NCBI GenBank assembly: GCA_965658725.1
Contig: CBFHUI010000004.1
Coordinates: forward strand, 2,825-66,824
DNA length: 64,000 bases
Source: Alphaproteobacteria bacterium
Lineage (GTDB): Bacteria > Pseudomonadota > Alphaproteobacteria > UBA7985
Reading direction: 5' to 3'
Positions 1 to 9,808 of this stretch are shown here, piece by piece. How positions within the stretch are numbered: the stretch's first letter is position 1; every line of letters begins with the position of its first letter. The notes beneath the pieces are model-generated. The model had not been told where the DNA came from. It saw only the letters and a program-made list of their open reading frames with translations, and made no database searches. The translations under genes were made by a program, and so were the position numbers.

Positions 1-23
1 GGGGGCCTCGGCCCCCGGTTTTT
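1..23 (+). terminator. GC-rich hairpin with T-tract upstream of atpC (terminator-like or mRNA-stabilising)
   Basis: GGGGGC-CTCG-GCCCCC (1-16) followed by GGTTTTT; the upstream gene is outside the window. Confidence 0.5.
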
Positions 24-51
24 CGCATCACGCGGATTGGACTTAAGACCC

Positions 52-444
52 ATGACGATGCAGTTTGAACTGGTAACCCCAGAAGCATCCGCAGCACAGA
101 TCGAAGCGACCATGGTTGTCGTTCCGGGCGCTGAGGGTGACATGGGTGTGCTGGAAAACCACGCACCAACCGTAACCAGCCTGCGCCCCGGCGTTGTGTC
201 GGTGACGGGCAGCGACGGCGATGCTGGCTTCTTCGTAGCGGGCGGCTTTGCCGAGATCACCAACGAGCGTTGTGTGATCCTCGCGGAGAGTGCAACGGCG
301 CTGAGCGAGCTGACGACAGAAGCCGCACAAGCGGCGCTGACCGAAGCGAAAGCAGCACTGGAAACGGCGACCTCCGATGGCGAAAAGAACGCCGCCGAGC
401 GCAAATACGCCGTGGCCCATGCCATGGTCGAAGCGGCGTCCTAA
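52..444 (+). CDS. atpC: F0F1 ATP synthase epsilon subunit
   Basis: FELVTPE...VVVPGAEGDMGVLENHAPTVTSLRPG...VAGGFAEI and a C-terminal helical hairpin; ATG at 52 preferred over TTG at 37. Confidence 0.95.
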   Translation: MTMQFELVTPEASAAQIEATMVVVPGAEGDMGVLENHAPTVTSLRPGVVSVTGSDGDAGFFVAGGFAEITNERCVILAESATALSELTTEAAQAALTEAKAALETATSDGEKNAAERKYAVAHAMVEAAS

Positions 445-471
445 GACCCCGCTATTCGCACCAAGTCTTCC

Positions 472-510
472 AAAAAGGGTGGCCCAGCCAAACGCTGCGC
501 CACCCTTTTT
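472..510. terminator. Bidirectional intrinsic terminator after atpC
   Basis: AAAAAGGGTGGC...GCCACCCTTTTT inverted repeat. Confidence 0.85.
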
Positions 511-513
511 CTT

Positions 514-529
514 TGGTACATCAGCTGCA
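514..529 (+). promoter_or_regulatory. Possible sigma54 promoter of the serine hydrolase gene
   Basis: TGGTACATCAGCTGCA = GG-N10-GC, two mismatches to TGGCAC-N5-TTGCA, about 50 nt before the ATG. Confidence 0.3.
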
Positions 530-578
530 CTGAGCTAAGCCCTGCGAAATTGTCTTTAATTCTTTAAGGTTTAGCTTC

Positions 579-1625
579 ATGCGTTTGCTTCACGTTCTGC
601 CCTGCCTTCTGATTTCCCTGACGACTGGCGTAGGCGCACAGGCTCAGGCTGACGCTTTAGCGGGTTGGCTGGAGGACATATCATCACCGGGACGCGCGGC
701 ATCCGTCTACTTTTGGGAAGACGGCCAAGGCGAAGCGGCAGCTCATGGCCCCTACGGTACCCGAAAACGCAAAGTTACACCAGCCGACCCTTTCTTGCTG
801 GCATCCGTGAGCAAGGCTTATACGGCTGTGGCGGTTGTAAAGCTGGCCGAACAGGCTCGGATAGACCTCGACGCGCCAATTGGCACGTATTTGCCCGAGG
901 AACTAATCGATCATTTGCCGGGACTGGATCGCATTACCGTGCGTCAGGCTCTGGGCATGCGAACGGGGCTGGCAGAGTACTACACCGAGGAAAACCCTGA
1001 AGCAGCATCGGGCAAAACGCCCGAGACACTGCTGGAATATGTCTACGATGAACCGCTGAATTTTTCGCCGGGGACGGCTTACGAATACTCGAACACCAAC
1101 TATTTGCTCGCCGAGATCCTGCTGCGTGAAGTTACTGGCCTGCGCTTTGGCCCTGCCTTGGACTGGCTTGTTTTTCGCCCGGCAGGTCTGAACAACTCAG
1201 CCGTTCTGGGCTACGGGATCGGCCCGGATAACATGGTGATGGGGTATCAGCGGGGTGATCTGGAAACTGTGGCAGACATTCGCAGGCTCTATTCCGGCTA
1301 TGGCTTTGGTGATGGTGGAGTGGTCGCGACGGCCGAAGACGTGGGCCGTTTCTACCGCGCCCTATTGATCGACCGCAGCCTTTTGGGCGACTGGGGCCTG
1401 CGCCAAATCACGAGCGACCCAGAAGGCGATGGGTATGGTCTCGGGATTGACGTTGCGGAAGAGGGCGAAATGGGCCTTGTCTATGGGCATGCAGGCTCGG
1501 ACACTGGGTATCTGACCGACGTCCGACTGACCCTCGACCCTCCGGCCGTCGCGGTCATTCTCACCGCTGAAGCTGAAAGCGATACCGAGCTGACTTACAC
1601 GCTTCTTAGTGAAGGTCTGGACTAA
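579..1625 (+). CDS. Secreted serine hydrolase, beta-lactamase/PBP-like family
   Basis: Signal peptide ending AQA; SxxK (LASVSK), YSN (YEYSNTNY) and HxG (YGHAGSD) motifs. Confidence 0.88.
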   Translation: MRLLHVLPCLLISLTTGVGAQAQADALAGWLEDISSPGRAASVYFWEDGQGEAAAHGPYGTRKRKVTPADPFLLASVSKAYTAVAVVKLAEQARIDLDAPIGTYLPEELIDHLPGLDRITVRQALGMRTGLAEYYTEENPEAASGKTPETLLEYVYDEPLNFSPGTAYEYSNTNYLLAEILLREVTGLRFGPALDWLVFRPAGLNNSAVLGYGIGPDNMVMGYQRGDLETVADIRRLYSGYGFGDGGVVATAEDVGRFYRALLIDRSLLGDWGLRQITSDPEGDGYGLGIDVAEEGEMGLVYGHAGSDTGYLTDVRLTLDPPAVAVILTAEAESDTELTYTLLSEGLD

Positions 1626-1725
1626 AACCAGTCATCAAAGAAAGTTCCCGTCCTGCCCTTGAAACACCAGCCAAATCAGAGAGGTTAGGGGCAGGATTGA
1701 CCGCCGTTTTGAAAGGCCTGCACCC

Positions 1726-2136
1726 ATGATCACAATCATTATCCTCGCCACCCTGATGACGCTGGCCATGAGCATGGTTCCCGGAGCATACAAGATCACC
1801 TCGTCCGGCATCGACGGCAAGCTGCGCACCGATGCAAACGTACAGGAATTGAAGGGCTGGGGCCGGTTGGGGCAGCGGGCGTTTGAGAACCATATGGAGA
1901 CCTACGTCACCTTCATGGGGCTCGCGGTTCTGGTGGTGTATCTGGGTGACCGTGTGGGGGTGAATGACATCCTGCGGCTGGCGGTGCTGGGCGGGTGGAT
2001 TTACCTGCTTTTCCGGGTTGCGCACTTCATCTGTTTCACGCTTTCTGTGCCCTACCTGCGCACGGCAAGCTGGTTTGGATCTGTCTTTGGGATCGTGCTG
2101 ATCGGCTGGGCCGTGCTGCAACTCGCTGCGATTTGA
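1726..2136 (+). CDS. MAPEG family membrane protein
   Basis: 136 aa, four hydrophobic segments, RAFENHME and LFRVAH...VPYLRT pattern. Confidence 0.8.
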   Translation: MITIIILATLMTLAMSMVPGAYKITSSGIDGKLRTDANVQELKGWGRLGQRAFENHMETYVTFMGLAVLVVYLGDRVGVNDILRLAVLGGWIYLLFRVAHFICFTLSVPYLRTASWFGSVFGIVLIGWAVLQLAAI

Positions 2137-2149
2137 GGACTTTCACTCT

Positions 2150-3010
2150 ATGCCAACGCTGCTCGGGTTTGGTGCCATCCTGCTGTGGGCGGCGCTGGCG
2201 CTCCTGACGTCCCTGACAACCCGATTGCCCTTGTTCGAGTGGCTCGCGCTGACCTTCGGTCTCGCGACGCTGTTCAGCTTGCCCATGCTGTTGCGTGCCG
2301 GGGCCGTTGCATCGCTGCGGGCTGTGCCGGTAGGCGGCTGGGCGCTGGGGATCATGGGGCTGTTTGGCTATCACGCGCTGTACATGCTCGCGCTCAAGAA
2401 CGCACCGACGGCGCAGGCCGGGCTGATCGCTTACCTGTGGCCGCTGCTGATCGTGCTGTTTTCCATGGCGGGGCAGCCCGCCGGGCGCTGGGTTCTGCCG
2501 ATCCTGGGCGGCGGGTTGGGGCTGGTTGGGGCTGCGCTGCTGGTCGTGGATCCGAGCGAAGGCGGGTTCCAGCCGACCTACGCACTGGGCTACGGCTTTG
2601 CGCTTGCCTGTGCGCTCATGTGGTCGAGCTACTCCGTCCTGAACCGGCGGTTAAGCGCCGTGCCGACGGTGGCGGTGGTCGTTTATTGCGCGGTGGCGGC
2701 GCTGGGCGGGCTTGGGCTGTCGCTGGCCTTAGAGGACTGGGTGCGACCGACCGCGCTTGAGTGGGCCGGGCTGGTCGGACTGGCGCTGGGGCCCATGGGG
2801 TTGGCGTTCTTCGTCTGGGACTATGGCACCAAGCACGGGAACGTCACGCTGCTCGGTGCGCTGAGCTATTTCGCGCCGCTGCTCTCGACGTTGTTGCTGG
2901 TCGCAGCGGGGCAGGCGCAGGCGTCGTGGGTGTTGGCGCTGGCGACGGTGCTGATTGTCGGCGGGGCGGGTTTGGCCGCGCTGGGGCTGCGGCGCAAGGA
3001 AGCCGCCTAG
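2150..3010 (+). CDS. EamA/DMT family transporter (YddG-like)
   Basis: About 10 TM segments in two repeats; GLFGYHALY, LIAYLWPLLIV, LSYFAPLLST. Confidence 0.88.
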   Translation: MPTLLGFGAILLWAALALLTSLTTRLPLFEWLALTFGLATLFSLPMLLRAGAVASLRAVPVGGWALGIMGLFGYHALYMLALKNAPTAQAGLIAYLWPLLIVLFSMAGQPAGRWVLPILGGGLGLVGAALLVVDPSEGGFQPTYALGYGFALACALMWSSYSVLNRRLSAVPTVAVVVYCAVAALGGLGLSLALEDWVRPTALEWAGLVGLALGPMGLAFFVWDYGTKHGNVTLLGALSYFAPLLSTLLLVAAGQAQASWVLALATVLIVGGAGLAALGLRRKEAA

Positions 3011-3960
3011 TCCTCTGCCTTCTCGGCGGCTTCAGCGGCGCGCATTTCAGCCAGTTCGGCGCGGATAGCGTGGAGTTCCTGCAGGATGGCGCGCTGCGCA
3101 GGGTCGGCAACCTCGTCAGCGGTCATGGTGCTTTCTGCTTCGTCCTTGGCCGAGTCCATGGCGTTCACCAGAATACCAATGAACAGGTTGAGCGCCGCAA
3201 ACGCTGAGATCACCACGAACAGCGTGAAGTAAACCCACGAGCTGGGGTGCACTTCCATGATTGGACGCACGATCCCGTGGGACCAGCTTTCCAGCGTCAT
3301 GATCTGGAACAGCGTGTAGAACGCGCGGCCTAGGTCGCCGAAGTAGTCGTACCCGTCCGCACCATAGCCGCCATAGAGCGTACCGCTGTAGAGCTGCACC
3401 CCGATCACGGCGAAGACATAGTGGATCAAGATCAGCAGCAGCGCCGCCGACCCCATCCCGGGCAGGGCGCGGAACAGGCCGGAGACCACCAGTCGCATCG
3501 CCGGGATTGCTGCGACCAGTCGGAGCACCCGCAGCACGCGCAGCGCCCGCAGCACCTTGAGCGAGTCCGTTGCCGGGACAAAGGCGACCGCGACCACAGC
3601 CAGATCGAACCAGTTCCACGGATCGCGGAAGAACCGCAAACGGTAGGCCGCCGCCTTGAGCGCGATTTCGCAGACGAAGAAGGCCAGCGCGATGGTGTCG
3701 AGGATCAGCAGGATCTGCCCAACCGAACCTTCGCCCGCTTCCCTTACGTTCTTCGACGTCAGCAGGCCGAGGATGATGGCGTTGGCGATGATGACCCCGA
3801 TCACCAGCGTGCGGAACCAGCGCGCCTCGACAAAGCGGGTCAGGCGGTTTTCCGGCCCAGCAGGCCGCTCGGGCTTGGGCTTGGCAGCCTTGGAGGTCGA
3901 GACGTGGGGGGCGTTGTTGGCGCGCGCGGCGGCGTGTGCGCCTGTGACGGGAGATTTCAT
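3007..3960 (-). CDS. Bacterial voltage-gated sodium channel (BacNav, ion transport protein)
   Basis: 6TM; S4 LRALRVLRVLRLV; pore FQIMTLESWSHGIVRPIM; S6 NLFIGILVNAM; C-terminal coiled coil. Confidence 0.92.
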   Translation of the reverse strand: MKSPVTGAHAAARANNAPHVSTSKAAKPKPERPAGPENRLTRFVEARWFRTLVIGVIIANAIILGLLTSKNVREAGEGSVGQILLILDTIALAFFVCEIALKAAAYRLRFFRDPWNWFDLAVVAVAFVPATDSLKVLRALRVLRVLRLVAAIPAMRLVVSGLFRALPGMGSAALLLILIHYVFAVIGVQLYSGTLYGGYGADGYDYFGDLGRAFYTLFQIMTLESWSHGIVRPIMEVHPSSWVYFTLFVVISAFAALNLFIGILVNAMDSAKDEAESTMTADEVADPAQRAILQELHAIRAELAEMRAAEAAEKAED

Positions 3961-3984
3961 CGATGAGTCAAGCGTTGCAGTCTG

Positions 3985-4386
3985 TCAGGAAGGTCCAAAA
4001 ACGACCTCGTGCATAACCCGTCCGGGCAAAAGCGTGAACCAAATGTTGAGGCCGAGTGCACCAAACCAGAGCAAAATCATTGTTAAACGGTGATCTTTGA
4101 CCCGATGCGCCCGCGCCGCTCGCCATCCCATGATCAAACCAAAGCCTGCAAACAGGGTTAGGAGATGAATGGGGCTGAACGGTCCCCAGGTTCTGATCTG
4201 GTTGATGAACAGGGACGAGAGCACGGCCACCAGCATGGCGCTCATCCACGTGTAACCCAGCGCGCGATGGATCAGCGTACCTTTCGGTCTGGCAAAAATG
4301 AGCACCCCGAGTGCCAGCGACGCGAGAGCGGTGCTGGCGTGGAGAGCAATCAGCCATCCCGCGCTGAGCAGGGGCTCGAGGGACAC
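3985..4386 (-). CDS. DUF2306-type membrane protein
   Basis: LHASTA...PKGTLIHRALGYTW...GPFSPIHLL...H..TM His pattern; 4 TM. Confidence 0.75.
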   Translation of the reverse strand: MSLEPLLSAGWLIALHASTALASLALGVLIFARPKGTLIHRALGYTWMSAMLVAVLSSLFINQIRTWGPFSPIHLLTLFAGFGLIMGWRAARAHRVKDHRLTMILLWFGALGLNIWFTLLPGRVMHEVVFGPS

Positions 4387-4387
4387 T

Positions 4388-4792
4388 CTAGGCGGTGGCG
4401 TAGCGGGCGCGTGCGCCGCGTTCGATACCAGCAGCGATCAGCCGGTCGATGTTCAGGCGGTGGCGCACCAGCTCCAGCACCTGCATTTCTTCGTCCGTCA
4501 GCACCCCGTCCGCTGCAGCCATCTCGCAGGCCAGTGCGTAGCCGGTTTCGCAGAGCTGCGCGGATAGTGCCCCCTGCATATCGCCAAACAGCAATTCTAA
4601 ACCGTCTTCGGCTTCCAGCGCTGTTGCGATCCGGCGTGCGGTCTCGGGCAGGGTTTCGATGTCAAAGCTATTGAACACCGGCCAGCTTCGCACCACGTCC
4701 GCCATCTTCTTCAGCTCCTGATCCGCGATGTCGTTATCTGCGGCCGAGACCAGAACCATAATGGCAATGAGTGAGTCGTGATGCGTCGCCAT
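4388..4792 (-). CDS. TerB-family (tellurite resistance-like) protein
   Basis: MVLVSAADNDIADQE...AYALACEMAAADG..TDEE..L. Confidence 0.8.
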   Translation of the reverse strand: MATHHDSLIAIMVLVSAADNDIADQELKKMADVVRSWPVFNSFDIETLPETARRIATALEAEDGLELLFGDMQGALSAQLCETGYALACEMAAADGVLTDEEMQVLELVRHRLNIDRLIAAGIERGARARYATA

Positions 4793-4901
4793 GCTGCTTG
4801 CTTCCCTGTGTTAGACGTGACGCCCAAAGTGCGTCTTTCTTCTCATGTATATGTGGATAGCCCTGCGGTTGGGTCAATGACAGGCGCGGGAAAAACCTCG
4901 A

Positions 4902-7736
4902 CTAGTCGAGGAAGGACCGGATCCTCTGGCAGGCTTCATCAAGGCCAAGGCGATGGATCGGCACCCCGGTGGGAAAGGCGCTTTCCAGGCGGCTGGGCAT
5001 CATGGGGTCGAGCAGGACGAACACGCCCTTGTCCGTTTGCCGCCGGATCAGCCGGCCGAAGGCCTGCCGCAGCTTGGCCCGCGCAAGCATGTCATCCAGC
5101 CCGCGCCCACCAAAAGCGTCGCGACGCGCACGGTGCAGGATATCGGGCCGGGGCCACGGTACGCGCTCAAAGGCAAGCAGGCGCAGGCTGTTCCCCGGCA
5201 CATCCACGCCGTCCCGCACGGCATCCGTCCCGAGCAAACAGGCGTTGGTGTCATCGCGGAAGATGTCCACCAGCGTCCCCGTGTCCATGGCGTCCACGTG
5301 TTGCGCGAACAGCGGCAGTCCGTTTTCTTCCAGCGGCGTTCGAATGCGATCGTAGACCGCGCGCAGGCGTCGGATGGCGGTAAACAGCCCGATGCCGCCC
5401 CCACCCGAGGCCATGAAAAGGCTTTCGAATGCAGCCGCGAGGGCGCCGGGCTGGTTCTTGGGCACATCGCCAACGATCAGTACTTCGGCCTGATTGGCGT
5501 AGTCATAGGGGCTTTCCACGCGCGCGCGAAAAGCGCCACCGCGCAAGTGTTGCGCCCCGGTTCGCTCTTCTGCCACGCGCCACGCATTTTCGGTGTCAGC
5601 GACCGGGTCCGTGAGGGTGGCAGAAGTGACGACAAAGCCCTGCACCTGGCTGGCCATGGTTTGGCTAAAGGGCTTCATCGGGTCGATGAAGTGGCGGTAG
5701 TAGCCCAGATCGCGGTCCTTGCCGTCCACACGCTCTACAGAGAACCAATCCACGAAATCAGGCGGTGGATCGCTTTCTAGGTCGCGCAGCATGGCGGACC
5801 ACGCGGTCAGCGGGTCCACGGCGCGGCGTTCGAGCGAACGCACCATGGCTTCGGCGCGGCGCCGGGCGTCGGCTTGGGACTTCCACTGGACCGGCTGGTC
5901 CTCGTCGCTGCCTTCGTTCTCTGTGCTGGCCTCAGCATCTTCATTGTCTTTACCCGTAGGCTGTTCGAGAACGTCAATCAGGCAGGCGCGCAAGTCCTGC
6001 ACGGGCTTGAGCAAGCGCCCCAGCGCCTCTTCAAACTCGCGCGCGGCGGCCAGCAAGCCAGTAACCGGCGGTCGCGGGGTGCATTCGATCGAGAACGGGT
6101 CGCCGGGCTTGTCGGCGCGGGCATAGACCTGCTCCCCAACAAAGCTCAGGAAGTACTCGCCCGCCCCGTCCGGCGTGCCGTCGCGCAAGCGCTGGTACCA
6201 GCCCGGGCCGGGTAGGGTGTAGGCCCCCTGTTCAACTTCCTTGAGCAGATCCGGCAGACGCGGGTCGAGGGTGACGACCTCTTCCATCCGAACCCGCAGG
6301 CCACGTCCTCGCCCGCGCTTGTCGCTTTCCGGGCCGAGCAGCCAGCGGCGCAGCTCAGCGGTTTCCAGCCCGGAGAGACCGGCGCTGAAAAAGCTGTCGG
6401 AGGCGTCGAAGAGGTGATGGCCTTCGTCGAAAACCACGTGCTCGGACAGATCGCTTTCCGGGCCCTGTCCAGCTTGATTGAGCACGAGCGCATGGTTGGC
6501 GATTACCAGTCGGGCATGGCGGGCGTTACGGATGTTCTTCTCGATCCCGCATTTGCTGTAGTGCGGGCAACCGGAATAGAGGCACTCGCCGCGCTGGTCG
6601 GTCAGGTCGGTGGTGACTTTGGTGCCGAACAGGTCGATCAACCACGCTGGAAAGTCGCCCCCAACCATATCGCCGCTGCGGCTGCGCTCAGCCCAACGCG
6701 CGGTAATGACCAGCCCGATGCGATCCCGATCGGTGAGGCCGCCGGCTTGTCCCGCTTCTTGCAGATTCAGCAGGCAGAGATAGTTCTCCCGCCCTTTGCG
6801 AACCACCACGTTCCGGTTTTTCGTGCCCGGCTCTTCGAACAGGCGGTCCATTTCCTGATCGATTTGACGCTGTAGGGCGCGGGTGTAGGTCGAGACCCAG
6901 ACAGAGCCTTTGTTCTTACCTGCCCACACGGTCGCAGGCGCGAGATAGCCCAGCGTTTTCCCCACGCCTGTTCCGGCCTCGGCGAGCACCATGTGCGGGG
7001 AAGCGCGTTCTTCGCGGGGATGAAAGGCCTGACTGACAGCAGAGGCATAGTCGGCCTGCGAGGGACGTTCTTCGACATCGCCTCGGCCCAGCCCGAGCAG
7101 CGTGGAAAGTTGCTTGCGCGCTTCAGCCTCGGTGACGGGGTCCGTGCCGGGGCGGCCTTGGGCGGCCTCGTCTTCCCACGTGTCCATCCGTTCCCACACT
7201 CGCAGGGCGCGGGATTGGTCCGCGCCGGGATCGAGCGCGGCGTCTCCGGCCGTGGCGGCGAGGCCGCGTACGATGGGTTGCGCCCAGGGCCAGTGCGCCC
7301 GCGCAGCGATCCACACGCCTGAAAGCATCACACGATCCGTTGCACCAAAGCCGCTGAGCTCGGCGAGAAGCGCGCGGGCGATGGCGCGGAGGTTGGCGGC
7401 AAGATCGTCGGGACCGGCGGCGTCTTCGGGTTCTTCCAGCCCCACCACGCGGGACAGTGACTTGGCCGTTGGCGTAACCGTGCGCGAGGGGCGTACAAAG
7501 GCGAAGAGTTCAAGCACATCCAGCGAGCGAAAGCGCGCCATTCCCCCGCGCCGTGCCAGCGCTGGCATGTGACAGACCAGTGGCGCGTCCTTGGTCAGCG
7601 CTTGAGACAGCGCTTGGGCAGAAAGTTGTTTTGCTGCCTGTCCGGGCGCACACCACCACAATCCACCGCCGTGCCACACCAGCACCGGCGCTGTATCAAC
7701 GGACAGCCCCTCAGAACGATCGAACAAATCAAGCAT
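4902..7736 (-). CDS. dinG: DinG-family ATP-dependent DNA helicase (Fe-S)
   Basis: EAGTGVGKT Walker A, DEGHHL, four Cys (YLCL, GECLYSGCPHYSKC), GVDVPG, QAFGRLIR; start placed at ATG 7736 (MLDLFDRS). Confidence 0.88.
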   Translation of the reverse strand: MLDLFDRSEGLSVDTAPVLVWHGGGLWWCAPGQAAKQLSAQALSQALTKDAPLVCHMPALARRGGMARFRSLDVLELFAFVRPSRTVTPTAKSLSRVVGLEEPEDAAGPDDLAANLRAIARALLAELSGFGATDRVMLSGVWIAARAHWPWAQPIVRGLAATAGDAALDPGADQSRALRVWERMDTWEDEAAQGRPGTDPVTEAEARKQLSTLLGLGRGDVEERPSQADYASAVSQAFHPREERASPHMVLAEAGTGVGKTLGYLAPATVWAGKNKGSVWVSTYTRALQRQIDQEMDRLFEEPGTKNRNVVVRKGRENYLCLLNLQEAGQAGGLTDRDRIGLVITARWAERSRSGDMVGGDFPAWLIDLFGTKVTTDLTDQRGECLYSGCPHYSKCGIEKNIRNARHARLVIANHALVLNQAGQGPESDLSEHVVFDEGHHLFDASDSFFSAGLSGLETAELRRWLLGPESDKRGRGRGLRVRMEEVVTLDPRLPDLLKEVEQGAYTLPGPGWYQRLRDGTPDGAGEYFLSFVGEQVYARADKPGDPFSIECTPRPPVTGLLAAAREFEEALGRLLKPVQDLRACLIDVLEQPTGKDNEDAEASTENEGSDEDQPVQWKSQADARRRAEAMVRSLERRAVDPLTAWSAMLRDLESDPPPDFVDWFSVERVDGKDRDLGYYRHFIDPMKPFSQTMASQVQGFVVTSATLTDPVADTENAWRVAEERTGAQHLRGGAFRARVESPYDYANQAEVLIVGDVPKNQPGALAAAFESLFMASGGGGIGLFTAIRRLRAVYDRIRTPLEENGLPLFAQHVDAMDTGTLVDIFRDDTNACLLGTDAVRDGVDVPGNSLRLLAFERVPWPRPDILHRARRDAFGGRGLDDMLARAKLRQAFGRLIRRQTDKGVFVLLDPMMPSRLESAFPTGVPIHRLGLDEACQRIRSFLD

Positions 7737-7871
7737 GAGGGTGGTTTTATGCGCAGTTGAGGCGCTTGGACAGTCGTAGTTTGAGCCGCCATGCAGGTTT
7801 GTGGCGTTTTGTCCGAGGCATAAAGCCCGTAGTGTCTCTCCGACTTTCAAACCCTGAGGACAAGAGATCCC

Positions 7872-9464
7872 ATGACTGAGTATTCCGATCTTGCTGACGC
7901 CGCGCGTGCCTGGCCGTTTGAGGAAGCGAAGAAGCTCAAAAAACGGCTGGGTGGCAAGGTGCCGGACAAGGGATATGTGCTGTTTGAAAGCGGCTATGGC
8001 CCCTCGGGTCTGCCGCACTTGGGCACCTTTGGCGAAGTTGCGCGCACGACCATGGTGAAGCGCGCGTTCGAAGCGCTGTGCCCGGACATCCCAACCAAGC
8101 TGGTGGCGTTCTCTGACGACATGGACGGCTTCCGCAAGGTGCCGACGAATGTGCCGAATCAGGAGTTGCTCGCCACCGCGCTGAACAAGCCCCTGACCCA
8201 AGTGCCTGATCCATTTGGCGAAGAAAGCTCATTTGCAGCGCAGAACAACCGGCGCCTGCGCGCCTTCCTCGACAGCTTTGGCTTTGAGTATGAGTTCAAG
8301 TCCTCGACAGAGACCTACCAGTCCGGCGCGTTTGATGCCGCGCTGATCCGCATGGCGGAGGCTTATGAGGCCGTTATGGGAATCATGCTGCCGACCTTGG
8401 GGGCCGAGCGTAAGGCGACCTATTCGCCCTTCCTGCCGATCTCCCCGGTCAGCGGTAAGGTTCTGCAGGTGCCGATGCTCAACGTCGACGCCAAGGCCGG
8501 GACCGTGACTTACGTTGAGCCGGAAACGGGCGAAGAAATCACCCAGCCGGTGACGGGTGGGTCGTGCAAAGTGCAGTGGAAGCCGGATTGGGCGCTTCGC
8601 TGGTACGCCTTGCAGGTCGACTATGAGATGTACGGCAAAGACCTGATCGACAGCGCGAAGATTGCGGCGCGGATCACCAAGGCGCTCGGCGGCCCCGCGC
8701 CAGAGGGCTTTTCCTACGAGCTGTTCTTGGACGAGCAAGGCCAGAAAATCTCCAAGTCCAAAGGCAACGGCCTGTCGATCGAAGAATGGTTGGAGTACGG
8801 CCCTGCCGAGTCCCTCTCGCTCTACATGTTCCAGCGTCCACGCACGGCCAAGAAATTGCACTTCGACGTCATACCCAAGGCGGTCGATGACTATGTGACC
8901 TTTGTCGAGAAATTCCCCGGAGAGGCCGGCGAAAAGCAGCTGGAAAACCCCGCCTGGCATATCCACGGCGGCGATCAGGTGCCGGCGAGCGAAGACGGTG
9001 TGTCCTTTGGCATGTTGCTCAACCTCGCGTCGGTTGTGAATGCGTCCGAGGCAAGCGTGCTCTGGGCCTTCATCCAGCGCTATCGCCCGCAGGCCAGCCC
9101 GGAGACGACCCCGTTTCTGGCCAAGCTGGTCGATCATGCTGTGCGCTACTACCGCGACCGTGTCGCCCCGACCAAGGCCTACCGCGCGCCGACGGAAGCG
9201 GAAGTTGCGGCCTTTACCAGTCTGCACGATGCACTGGGTGCCTTTGAGGGACAGGATGCAACGGCAGAAGATCTGCAAACGGCGGTGTTCACCGTGGGCA
9301 AGGGTGCTGAGTACGAGAATCTGCGCGAGTGGTTCCAAGCGCTCTATCAGGTTCTGCTCGGACAGGATCAGGGGCCGCGCTTTGGCTCCTTTATCGCGCT
9401 CTACGGCGTAGCTGAGACCCGTGCTCTGCTGATGCATGGGATCAAGGGCGAGCTGGCGGCATGA
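7872..9464 (+). CDS. lysS: Class I lysyl-tRNA synthetase
   Basis: [17 protein letters not shown] (HIGH-like), KISKSKGN (KMSKS-like), QGPRFGSF. Confidence 0.95.
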   Translation: MTEYSDLADAARAWPFEEAKKLKKRLGGKVPDKGYVLFESGYGPSGLPHLGTFGEVARTTMVKRAFEALCPDIPTKLVAFSDDMDGFRKVPTNVPNQELLATALNKPLTQVPDPFGEESSFAAQNNRRLRAFLDSFGFEYEFKSSTETYQSGAFDAALIRMAEAYEAVMGIMLPTLGAERKATYSPFLPISPVSGKVLQVPMLNVDAKAGTVTYVEPETGEEITQPVTGGSCKVQWKPDWALRWYALQVDYEMYGKDLIDSAKIAARITKALGGPAPEGFSYELFLDEQGQKISKSKGNGLSIEEWLEYGPAESLSLYMFQRPRTAKKLHFDVIPKAVDDYVTFVEKFPGEAGEKQLENPAWHIHGGDQVPASEDGVSFGMLLNLASVVNASEASVLWAFIQRYRPQASPETTPFLAKLVDHAVRYYRDRVAPTKAYRAPTEAEVAAFTSLHDALGAFEGQDATAEDLQTAVFTVGKGAEYENLREWFQALYQVLLGQDQGPRFGSFIALYGVAETRALLMHGIKGELAA

Positions 9465-9805
9465 ACCTGATCTACCACATGGCGCACCGGGGAGACTGGG
9501 ATGCGGCGCAGGCAAGCGGGGCCTATGCTGGCTCAGCCGACGACCTGCGCGACGGGTTCATCCACTTTTCGACCGGCGCGCTGATCCCTGAATCCGCAGC
9601 CAAGCACCGGGCGGGGCAGGCAGATTTGCTGCTCATCTGTTGCGAGGCCGAGGCCTTGGGTGACGCGCTCAAGTGGGAGCGCTCGCGCAACGGCATCGAC
9701 TTCCCGCACCTTTACCGCGCGCTCGACCCGGCGGAGGCGCTGTGGTCGGTTCCGCTGCCGCTGGACGCGGCAGGCGTGCATGTTTTTCCCAAGGATATGG
9801 CCTGA
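9461..9805 (+). CDS. DUF952 domain protein
   Basis: IYHM...W..A...[15 protein letters not shown]...FPHLYRAL. Confidence 0.88.
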   Translation: MNLIYHMAHRGDWDAAQASGAYAGSADDLRDGFIHFSTGALIPESAAKHRAGQADLLLICCEAEALGDALKWERSRNGIDFPHLYRALDPAEALWSVPLPLDAAGVHVFPKDMA

Positions 9806-9808
9806 TCC

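Noticed and set aside
556-573. CtrA boxes (TTAA-N7-TTAA) here and at other TTAA sites
   Set aside because: No full match with N7 spacing in the intergenic regions examined
7737-8201. N-terminal extension of the DinG ORF to 1099 aa
   Set aside because: Overlaps the lysS start on the opposite strand and has no helicase-like content; ATG 7736 fits better
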